Notes under the pieces: model-generated
Databases searched by the model: none
What the model saw: the letters and a program-made list of their open reading frames with translations, nothing else
What the model was told of the DNA's origin: nothing
Program-made: the position numbers and the translations under genes
Shown here: positions 8,285 to 16,548 of the stretch, one piece after another
How positions within the stretch are numbered: position 1 is the stretch's first letter
Layout of the letters: the number at the start of each line of letters is the position of its first letter
Source of the DNA: a virus
Lineage: Duplodnaviria; Caudoviricetes
Strand: one strand, 5' to 3'
DNA length: 44,492 nt
IMG/VR virus record: IMGVR_UViG_3300025517_000058
Span: 1 to 44,492 of that record

Positions 8285-9361
8285 ATGAAAGTTATCAATG
8301 CAAGAAATGTTAACGATGCGTACATTAAAGGACTAAGACTCCTTCACAAGTATGGCAAAATTGAAGAGTCACGGGCTGGTCATGTACTCGTCGCACCATT
8401 TCCGGTAACGACTGTGTATCAACGACCCTATGAGCGTATCCTGTTTGACGCAAAGCGTGATGCGAACCCCTTCTTTCATTTGATGGAATCACTGTGGATG
8501 TTGGCCGGTCGCAATGACGCAACTTGGCTGGACAAGTTCGTTAAGGATTTTTCATCGCGTTTTGCTGAGGAGAGCGGGCATCAACACGGCGCTTACGGCT
8601 ACCGGTGGCGCACACATTTCATGCTTGACGGTACTGAAGATACTTACGAGCACGGCTTTGAGCTAGATCAGCTCGACCGCATCGTGTACTTGCTGCGCAA
8701 GAACCCTCGTGACCGGCGCATTGTATTGCAGATGTGGGATCCTGAAATCGACCTCGGTGCAAACAAACGCGACGTGCCTTGCAATCTTTGTGTACTGCCA
8801 CGTATCGTGAACAATGCGCTGGATATAACCGTCGTATGCCGGTCAAACGATGCTATCTGGGGGGCTTATGGAGCGAACGCTGTACACTTTTCAGTGCTTC
8901 AAGAGTACCTAGCTGCTCGCCTTAATGTACAGATTGGTACTTATTATCAGATAAGCAATAACTTCCACGCTTATTTGGAGGTGCTTAATAAGAAAATACC
9001 TGATCCAGAAGTACTCAAGCAGAAACATATTCCTGACCCGTACAAAGGTGGTAAGTCGGTGCGCTTCAAGGTTACACCTACGCAAATTGTGACCCAACCA
9101 GAGTACTTTGATGAGGATTTACGGCACTTTTTCAGTGACCCTGACGCCCCGCCCCTTGATGGCTACCACAATAACTTCTTTGTGCATATAGCCGTCCCAA
9201 TGTTCTACGCTTACCATCATTGGAAAGAGGGTAGAAAAGCTAAGGCTTACGAGGAACTGCGACATCTCCCAACAAATAGCGATTGGTGGCATGCCGCAGC
9301 TCAATGGTTCTATAAGCGCAATCCTGAGCAGGCTAACAAGGTAGAGGCAAGCAATGTTTAG
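8285..9361 (+). CDS. thymidylate-synthase homolog, probable dUMP hydroxymethyltransferase
   Basis: RDANPFFHLMESLWMLAGRND, AYGYRWR, catalytic DVPCN, RSNDAIWGAYGAN (Asn at the dUMP-specificity position), NFHAY; context next to hypermodification genes. Confidence 0.82.
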   Translation: MKVINARNVNDAYIKGLRLLHKYGKIEESRAGHVLVAPFPVTTVYQRPYERILFDAKRDANPFFHLMESLWMLAGRNDATWLDKFVKDFSSRFAEESGHQHGAYGYRWRTHFMLDGTEDTYEHGFELDQLDRIVYLLRKNPRDRRIVLQMWDPEIDLGANKRDVPCNLCVLPRIVNNALDITVVCRSNDAIWGAYGANAVHFSVLQEYLAARLNVQIGTYYQISNNFHAYLEVLNKKIPDPEVLKQKHIPDPYKGGKSVRFKVTPTQIVTQPEYFDEDLRHFFSDPDAPPLDGYHNNFFVHIAVPMFYAYHHWKEGRKAKAYEELRHLPTNSDWWHAAAQWFYKRNPEQANKVEASNV

Positions 9362-9884
9362 TATCCCGCAGCACAAGGCTAACGAAGTCCAAATTGGGGG
9401 CGACCATTATAAGTCACAATACCAACATTGGGATTGGGCTATCAATGTTGGCTTGGATTACCTTGGTTCCGCAGCAACCAAGTATATCACACGCTGGCAG
9501 AAAAAGGACGGTCTTAAAGACCTTCAAAAGGCAGGGCACTACATGGATAAACTCATTGAAGTCGCGCCGCTTGTTATCGTGCGGCTTCAAATCATTCGCC
9601 CGAATTTGGAATTTATCCTCTGTGAAACCCGCAAATTCATCAGAGAAAACCAACTTGGTGAGTTTGAAGCTGCTATCTGCAAGCGCATCGCAACTTGGAT
9701 GACCACTGACGAGCTGCACACGGCACGAGGTATGTTGAACTCACTTATTATCAGTGAATCTCATAGCTCGCCGACTGGACCTAGTGGTGAAATGGCCGAA
9801 CAACTCAGGGGAACAACACCGCCTGACACTCCTAAACCAGTGCCCCTTGAGGATAGCAACAAACACGCGGAGAGAGCCAAATGA
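9354..9884 (+). CDS. DUF3310 (T7 gp1.7/SaV-like) protein, possible nucleotide kinase
   Basis: QIGGDHYK...KYITRWQKKDGLKDLQKAGHYMDKLIE. Confidence 0.75.
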   Translation: MFSIPQHKANEVQIGGDHYKSQYQHWDWAINVGLDYLGSAATKYITRWQKKDGLKDLQKAGHYMDKLIEVAPLVIVRLQIIRPNLEFILCETRKFIRENQLGEFEAAICKRIATWMTTDELHTARGMLNSLIISESHSSPTGPSGEMAEQLRGTTPPDTPKPVPLEDSNKHAERAK

Positions 9885-10093
9885 TGTTATTCGTTTGGGT
9901 TATCGAGTACCGGCATATGCGAGGCACGCGAAAAGTACATCACATCGCAGTCGCGCCAACTTTAGCAGATGCGATTAAAGCTATGCCGATACCTCCAGGT
10001 TTCACACGTGAGGAATTTCAAAAACTAGAACCTACCTATGTTCGTCACGCGCCCTGTTATGTAACGATAGATACAGACTTAGCGGTACTATGA
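9881..10093 (+). CDS. hypothetical protein
   Basis: ATGA overlaps at both ends. Confidence 0.6.
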   Translation: MMLFVWVIEYRHMRGTRKVHHIAVAPTLADAIKAMPIPPGFTREEFQKLEPTYVRHAPCYVTIDTDLAVL

Positions 10094-11193
10094 AAGTTGA
10101 TCGCGAAGAACTGCTGGCGGCTCTTAATGCCGCCAGTCTTGTTGTTGACCCCGGCCATTCCATTGAGGTTTTCTCAAAGGTTTGGCTGTTTGAGGACTAT
10201 GTGCTTGGATTCAATGCTTCAGGCTTGGTTATCCAAGTACCTTGCCCAATACCGTCGATTGGTGGAGTTGATGGCAAACTACTAGCACAGCTACTCGATA
10301 AGACTGAAACTGAAAAAATCGAACTCATCACAACAGATGATGGGCAGCTACTCGTCACTGACGAGGATCGATTACACATTAAGATGCCTGTGCTCGAAGA
10401 AACTGATGTGGTGCATACGGTCTCAGAAATACCAGACTTAAATGAGGATCATCTTATCGAAGGTGATGCCGGCTGTTTTCTTGAAGAAATCAGTTTGCCT
10501 GCCATGCTACAGCTTAGCACGCTGAAATCAGAAACGATGCCAGAATTTGCTAGCCTTGTCATTGATCTTAAAGCTGGCGAGGCGTCGCATGCTCTTCCTC
10601 AGGCATTTATCTACACTAGCGACCGGCAAACTATCAATCGCACAGTCTTTAAGTCGTGGGAAGTGAAAGCTAACCCCGGCAGGTACCTTGTTCCACTTGA
10701 GTTCGTGCGGACATTACTTAGACTAGCTGATGTTTTCAAGGAAGGTACTATTGCATTCGATAAGAACTATATCGTTGCTACTAACGAAGATGGTGCCGGT
10801 CTATTCACTAGGCTACACCAAACCAGCAACAACGTTGATTTTGAAGATGCCATATTACGAATCTGGCCAGATAGAAAGCTTAAACCAAAGCTCATGGTGG
10901 ATATACCTTCAGAACTAAAGGTGGTGCTCAATCAGGCCAAGCTAATTTGCAAAGCTGATAACGATATAGTCCGGTTAGTCGTAAGTGACGGCACATTAAA
11001 AGTTACCGCTGAAGGAGGAAAAGCAAGGTACAGTGCGGCACTCGATTTGGAGAACCATCCACCGGCGGCAGTCAACCTAAATTGTTCGCGTTTGCTTCAG
11101 GTGCTACCGCACGCAAATAAAATGCTACTGTTGCAAAACGCAGCAGCATTCCGTGGCCCTAACAAATTCTGGCGGTTCATTGCGGGTAGGTAA
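10090..11193 (+). CDS. DNA polymerase III beta-like sliding clamp
   Basis: 367 aa; MKVDREELLAAL start and YTSDRQTINR (cf. ATDGHRL); directly upstream of the polymerase, clamp loader nearby. Confidence 0.65.
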   Translation: MKVDREELLAALNAASLVVDPGHSIEVFSKVWLFEDYVLGFNASGLVIQVPCPIPSIGGVDGKLLAQLLDKTETEKIELITTDDGQLLVTDEDRLHIKMPVLEETDVVHTVSEIPDLNEDHLIEGDAGCFLEEISLPAMLQLSTLKSETMPEFASLVIDLKAGEASHALPQAFIYTSDRQTINRTVFKSWEVKANPGRYLVPLEFVRTLLRLADVFKEGTIAFDKNYIVATNEDGAGLFTRLHQTSNNVDFEDAILRIWPDRKLKPKLMVDIPSELKVVLNQAKLICKADNDIVRLVVSDGTLKVTAEGGKARYSAALDLENHPPAAVNLNCSRLLQVLPHANKMLLLQNAAAFRGPNKFWRFIAGR

Positions 11194-13863
11194 ATGTCGT
11201 TCTTTCCAGAACCAGTAAAGCCGAAGAAGCATCGTGGTCGGATGAAAGCCGATGATATTCGTATCTATCGGCAACTCGGCTGCGATGCTTGTCCCTTGGC
11301 AAAGCTGCGCAACCGTAACCCTCGAATGGAACCTACTGGCTCAGATGAGCCAACTATCTATGTGCTTGGTGGTGCGCCTAACTATGAAGATGACGTTAGA
11401 GGTAGGCAATTCACTGGTGAGTCCGGTGAAGTTTTAAGGAAAATTTTTCGTGATATCATTGGCCTCGACTACAAGCATATCATTCGCTTTAACAACATTG
11501 TTAGAACTCGTTGTCATGAAGGTGGTGAAGACAAAGCACCGCCATGGGAGGCTATTGAGGCTTGTCGCCCCAGTATCATTGCTGACATAGAAGAAACCAA
11601 GCCGAAAGCAATATTTGGATTTGGTAACTTACCACTTGAATGGATAGCTGACATTTCAGGTATCTATGCTTGGCGTGGCCGCTACATGGCTGTTCGCGTT
11701 GGCAACCATGTTTGCTGGTACTTTCCTATGATACACCCCGATGATGTACAGAATGCGGGTGTACGTATATTCCATGATGACGATGCGGCAAGTGACGAAG
11801 AATCATTCTTAAATGAAGATCACCGCATACTTCGGCTTGACATTCAACATGCCTGGAAAAGATTACAAGAACTTGGTACGCCATTTATCCACACACCTGA
11901 CTATGCACGGCAGGGTGTCGAAATACTCGACTTCTATGACGAAAAAGGACTCACTATCATTGAGAATAAACTCAAGCACTTTGGGCAGCAACTAGTCGTT
12001 GGCATCGACTATGAAACGACTGCTCTTCGGCCATATAACAGCAATGCAATGCTACTTTCAGCCGCAGTCAGTGACGGTCAAAGTGCATTTGCATTTCCGT
12101 TCGATCATCCTAGTGCTGAATGGACTCGTAAGCACAAAGAACGGCTTCGTGAGCTTTGGCGCGATTTCTTAAAAACTACCAAAGCCATTAAAGCGGTGCA
12201 CAACTTGCAATTCGAGCAAGAGTGGACTGTATACCACTTTGGTTGGGAACTAGCTCATGCTGGTGACTGGCATTGCACTCAAGTGCAAGCCTCAATCATA
12301 GATCACCGGTACAAGGGTAGTGAGCCTAGCCCGCTGTCATTAGACTTTCTAGTTCGGCAGCACTTCGGCCTTAATCTGAAGGCAATGAGCAATGTCGATA
12401 GATCAAATCTTATTCGTACTCCTTTACCCATCGTGCTTGAATATAACGCTCTTGACGCCAAGTACCACGCACTTCTGTATAAGCGTCAACATTCGATCAT
12501 AATGAAAGAAAATCTTACGATGGCGTATAAATTTGCACGTCGTCGTGTACCCGCCATTGTGCTTGCACAAATTAAAGGTGTACCAGTTTCACAAAAGCGA
12601 GCCGAAAAACTCTACGAAAAGTACTCCACACGTATTCATGAACTTGAAGATTCCATCGCTAACGACAAAACAGTCAAGAAGTTTGAGACCAAATACAAAC
12701 AAACTTTTAACCCCAACTCGAATGCCGATTGCGTCAAGCTCTTCTATACGATGCTTGGTCGTAAGGAATGTGAAGTTTATGATAAGAAGAAAAAGAATGT
12801 GAGGCCGTGGCTCGGTGGTGTCGATGGTAAAACCAAGGTCAATAAGATTAGCTGCGACAAAGAGGTGCTAACTCAGCTTGAGCATCCTTTAGCTGATAAG
12901 ATACTTGCACTTCGTAAACCACAGAAGTTGCTTTCGACTTATGTGCTACCGTTGATGAAGGGTACCGATGAAAGCAAGATTTACGATGACGGTAAGTTGC
13001 ATCCTATCTTCAATCACACCTTCACTGACACAGGTCGTTTGTCGTGTGAAGAGCCGAATATGCAGAATTTCCCTAAGCGGTCCGATGAAAGTAAAGAAGT
13101 TAGATGCATCATCAAGCCACCTAAAGGTCACGTAGTTCTTTCGATTGACTATGGTCAGATCGAAGCTCGCGTAATTGCCATGTACACTCGAGATAAGCGT
13201 TTTTGCCAAGCATTATGGGAACGCTACGATGTTCACGGGGAATGGGCCGAGCGTATTGCTTATGCTTATCCGCAGCGTGTTGGCGGTAAGGCAATGCTCA
13301 AAGATAAAAAGGCAATGAAAGATTTTCGCACCGACATCAAAAACCAGTGGACATTTCCATTGTTCTTCGGTGCACAGCTTGCCTCGGTATCAAAGTATCT
13401 ACATATACCGGAAGATGTGCTACGCCCACTATATGATGCCTTTTGGAAAGAATTTGAGGGGGTTAAATCGTGGCAGGATAACCTTATCAAGTTCTATGAA
13501 GAAAATGGCTATGTCGAAACCTTCACTGGTCGTCGCCGTTATGGCCCAATGAACGTCAACAAGGTTATCAACTCACCAGTGCAGGGATTTACTTGCGAGT
13601 TTGTGCTCGACGGTATGTGTAGGTTAAGCGAGACCGGTGACCCATTGCTACAACCTGAAATTCAGATACACGATGATCTGACTTGGGTTGCAGTGCCAGT
13701 GGACAAAGTTGACTACGTTGCTGAGAAAGCTCTCGAAATTTTGCTAACACCTGCGCCCGAGTTCAAAGATTTTATATGCGTACCTATCACTCTTGAGATG
13801 AGTGTTGGTGAAGACTGGTTGAACATGGAAGAAATTGGTGTGTTCAGCAGTGATGATAAATAG
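11194..13863 (+). CDS. polA: family A DNA polymerase with N-terminal family-4 uracil-DNA-glycosylase-like domain and 3'-5' exonuclease
   Basis: UDG4-like CDACPL..GGAPN..FTGESG..EACRP..HP; exonuclease DYETT, HNLQFE, YNALDA; polymerase TGRLSC..PNMQNFP, DYGQIEAR, NSPVQG, IHDD. Confidence 0.93.
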   Translation: MSFFPEPVKPKKHRGRMKADDIRIYRQLGCDACPLAKLRNRNPRMEPTGSDEPTIYVLGGAPNYEDDVRGRQFTGESGEVLRKIFRDIIGLDYKHIIRFNNIVRTRCHEGGEDKAPPWEAIEACRPSIIADIEETKPKAIFGFGNLPLEWIADISGIYAWRGRYMAVRVGNHVCWYFPMIHPDDVQNAGVRIFHDDDAASDEESFLNEDHRILRLDIQHAWKRLQELGTPFIHTPDYARQGVEILDFYDEKGLTIIENKLKHFGQQLVVGIDYETTALRPYNSNAMLLSAAVSDGQSAFAFPFDHPSAEWTRKHKERLRELWRDFLKTTKAIKAVHNLQFEQEWTVYHFGWELAHAGDWHCTQVQASIIDHRYKGSEPSPLSLDFLVRQHFGLNLKAMSNVDRSNLIRTPLPIVLEYNALDAKYHALLYKRQHSIIMKENLTMAYKFARRRVPAIVLAQIKGVPVSQKRAEKLYEKYSTRIHELEDSIANDKTVKKFETKYKQTFNPNSNADCVKLFYTMLGRKECEVYDKKKKNVRPWLGGVDGKTKVNKISCDKEVLTQLEHPLADKILALRKPQKLLSTYVLPLMKGTDESKIYDDGKLHPIFNHTFTDTGRLSCEEPNMQNFPKRSDESKEVRCIIKPPKGHVVLSIDYGQIEARVIAMYTRDKRFCQALWERYDVHGEWAERIAYAYPQRVGGKAMLKDKKAMKDFRTDIKNQWTFPLFFGAQLASVSKYLHIPEDVLRPLYDAFWKEFEGVKSWQDNLIKFYEENGYVETFTGRRRYGPMNVNKVINSPVQGFTCEFVLDGMCRLSETGDPLLQPEIQIHDDLTWVAVPVDKVDYVAEKALEILLTPAPEFKDFICVPITLEMSVGEDWLNMEEIGVFSSDDK

Positions 13864-13873
13864 GCGAGTACCT

Positions 13874-14251
13874 ATGATCCCTAAGGAAAAATTAGTAGAA
13901 GTGATTTTACATGACAGTACAGGTGCCTTCATCAATAGAAAGCACATGCCCAAGCCAATTGGGCATGTGTACCTTTACCCTGAAAGTACTGGACACATAA
14001 TAACTGAGAAAGGTCGCTACTGGACATGCATTTGGTTTAGCATCACAAACGGTCCAAAACATTACCTCACAAAAGATGGAACCTTAGTCATCATGAATGA
14101 CCCGCCAATGATTAACCCCTACATAGAGGTAATCTCAATATACAGTCCTGAAACAGGTTACTACGAAATCTTTCGAGCACATCTACACAGCTCAACAGAA
14201 GTAGAACTGTTTGAAAGGTACAAGAATAAAAACGGTGAATGGAGGGGTTAA
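13874..14251 (+). CDS. hypothetical protein
   Basis: ORF filling the gap; ATG 13874 avoids overlap with polA. Confidence 0.55.
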   Translation: MIPKEKLVEVILHDSTGAFINRKHMPKPIGHVYLYPESTGHIITEKGRYWTCIWFSITNGPKHYLTKDGTLVIMNDPPMINPYIEVISIYSPETGYYEIFRAHLHSSTEVELFERYKNKNGEWRG

Positions 14252-14253
14252 CT

Positions 14254-14880
14254 ATGCCAGTGATAGAATTCGATCAACTATCTTATGCCGAAATATACAC
14301 ACTATCACCAGATAACAAATGGGTACCACTACGCGAGTGCATCGCCAAAGCTGAAGAAAGGCTTGATACCTTGCAAAAGGGCATTCACAAATTTTGCATC
14401 ATCTGGGATCTTGACGGCGTACTAGCCGACAGTGATCATCGGTTGCACTACATCGTAGTAGATCGTGCTAACCCTGATTGGGAAACATTTCACGCTCACA
14501 CGCTTAAAGATTCACCAATCACATCAGGTTGTATTTTGTTCTGGGCGCTTGACTTCTTTGGTGTCAGCAACATCATTTGCACTGCTCGGCCTGAAAGCAA
14601 TCGCGAACTTACAGAACAATGGTTGCAAGAGAAATGCCTCAAACCCGCCAAACTGATGATGCGCAAGGAAGGCGACCATCGTCCTGGATGTGAAGTGAAA
14701 CGCGATATGTTACATGAGCTATGGGACGAAGGATATGAGGTTATTCTCGCTTTTGATGATCACCCAGAAATCGTCAATATGTACCGTACAGAAGGTGTGC
14801 CTTGCTTTGCTGCTGACCCAAGACACTGGGATGAACAAACAGTCCAAGCTATTGCCGCCAAGTACAAGAGGGCAGAATGA
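14254..14880 (+). CDS. HAD-superfamily phosphatase (T4 PNKP 3'-phosphatase-like)
   Basis: WDLDGVLAD, CTARPE, MRKEGDHRP..VK, FDDHP; GGAGG SD before ATG 14254. Confidence 0.85.
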   Translation: MPVIEFDQLSYAEIYTLSPDNKWVPLRECIAKAEERLDTLQKGIHKFCIIWDLDGVLADSDHRLHYIVVDRANPDWETFHAHTLKDSPITSGCILFWALDFFGVSNIICTARPESNRELTEQWLQEKCLKPAKLMMRKEGDHRPGCEVKRDMLHELWDEGYEVILAFDDHPEIVNMYRTEGVPCFAADPRHWDEQTVQAIAAKYKRAE

Positions 14881-15803
14881 CAAACAATCTGATAACGAAG
14901 TATCGCCCGACAAAATTCGACGATGTGATCGGGCAAGAAGCTGCGGTGCGGGCACTGAAAACAGCTCTAAAGAAAAAGAATATTCACGCTTTTCTCTTTA
15001 CTGGCCCAAGTGGCGTTGGAAAAACCACATTAGCCCGCTTGATGGCTAGAGCCGTTAACTGTGCCGACGCTGATATCATTGAGATTGACGCAGCAACTCA
15101 CACTGGCATCGATGCCATGCGTGAGATTGCTAGCACAATCTATTATGCACCTATTGGCCAAGGCTCTAAGGCAATTATCGTTGACGAATGCCACGCATTA
15201 TCACGTCAAGCGGTTCAGTCGATCCTCAAAGCTATCGAGGAACCCCCTGAATGGGGTTACTGGATGCTCTGTACAACGGAACTTAGCAAGGTACCGGTAA
15301 CCATTCGTAACCGATGCCTGCACCTTGCCTTGCGACCTGTACCTAAACAGGAACTAGTCGATTGGCTAACTGGTATCGCAAAATTAGAAAAATATCGTGG
15401 CCCCTATATCAAGGATATCCTCAACCTTTGCGCGGTTGAAGCTCAGGGTTCACCTCGACAAGCGCTGACATATCTGGCGGCATGCGCCGGATCCAAAAGT
15501 GTCGATGAAGCCCGTGAGATGATGCAGGCGGTGGCTGAGGAAAAACAAGCCATTGACCTCGCGCGTGCTTTAATGAAAGGTGCTCGCTGGCGTGACTTGA
15601 AACCAATTCTCGAAGGCTTAAAAGATCAGAATGCAGAAAGCATTCGCCAAATTGTGCGAGCTTACATGACAACGGTTGCCTTGAAAGCTGAAGGGCAAAC
15701 CTTACGTCATGCACTCAGAATACTCGAAGCCTTCTCAGCACCCTGTAACCCGCAAGATGGTATCACGCCCATCGTTATCGCTTGCGGTAAACTGTATGTA
15801 TAA
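14877..15803 (+). CDS. clamp-loader AAA+ ATPase (DnaX gamma/tau-like)
   Basis: KYRPTKFDDVIGQ, GPSGVGKTT, EIDAA, VDECHAL, LKAIEEPP, TIRNRC. Confidence 0.92.
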   Translation: MTNNLITKYRPTKFDDVIGQEAAVRALKTALKKKNIHAFLFTGPSGVGKTTLARLMARAVNCADADIIEIDAATHTGIDAMREIASTIYYAPIGQGSKAIIVDECHALSRQAVQSILKAIEEPPEWGYWMLCTTELSKVPVTIRNRCLHLALRPVPKQELVDWLTGIAKLEKYRGPYIKDILNLCAVEAQGSPRQALTYLAACAGSKSVDEAREMMQAVAEEKQAIDLARALMKGARWRDLKPILEGLKDQNAESIRQIVRAYMTTVALKAEGQTLRHALRILEAFSAPCNPQDGITPIVIACGKLYV

Positions 15804-15825
15804 GCAATAACAAGGAGGTAGTGCT

Positions 15826-16476
15826 ATGGGCAAACTTGAACGTCGCAAGCGTAGCGATGATAAACCTGCTAAGAAAAAGAAATCACCAGTCATTGATGTT
15901 TCAGATATTCTGATTGGTGAGCATATTGACCCACTTGAAGCAACAGTCGAAGATCTCTCATTACCCCCTAAGTATGAGAGCTTCAAAACGAAGGTCAAAA
16001 TCAACCGTGAAGATTTGGAACAATCACTTGAAGAACAACCCGAGTTGTTCGCTCAAGTTTCTGAGTACGCAATAAAGTGGGGCGCTATCCGCGATTTGCG
16101 TAAGAATGCGGTTGATAAGATTCGTGTTACTCTGGATCGACAAATTCGTGAGCAAGCGAGCGAGAACGGCGCCCGTATCACCGAAGCAGCTATCGCCAAT
16201 CAAATTGGTGAAGATGAAGATTATCGTGAGGCTAATCTACGCTACATTGAAGCCAAGTACTACGCAGATCTCTGGTTGAGCTTGGTCAACTCATACACTC
16301 AACGCAGCTATGCCCTTAAAGATCTAGTCACTATCGTTGTCAAGCAACTCAGCATGGACAACGATGTGATCTCGACTGAAGCGGATCACCGAACACTAAT
16401 GGAGGCAAAGTCACGGAGAGCATCAAAACTGAGAAGTGAGGCACTAAAAGAACGACGCGCCTTAAAGGGCGAGTAA
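15826..16476 (+). CDS. UvsY-like recombination mediator (coiled coil)
   Basis: LDRQIRE..GARITEAAIANQI..DEDY..A pattern; upstream of SSB and RecA; AGGAGG SD. Confidence 0.55.
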   Translation: MGKLERRKRSDDKPAKKKKSPVIDVSDILIGEHIDPLEATVEDLSLPPKYESFKTKVKINREDLEQSLEEQPELFAQVSEYAIKWGAIRDLRKNAVDKIRVTLDRQIREQASENGARITEAAIANQIGEDEDYREANLRYIEAKYYADLWLSLVNSYTQRSYALKDLVTIVVKQLSMDNDVISTEADHRTLMEAKSRRASKLRSEALKERRALKGE

Positions 16477-16548
16477 ACCCCCTAGTCTAAGTAACCAGCC
16501 GTATGTTAGGCTAGCAAAGCTTAGTTCATATGCAGCTAGGAGTAAGCA

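Noticed and set aside
8285-9361. dCMP hydroxymethylase (hmC pathway) or plain ThyA call
   Set aside because: Asn rather than Asp at the specificity position argues against dCMP; divergence from ThyA and the gene context argue against plain ThyA, though this is not excluded without an assay
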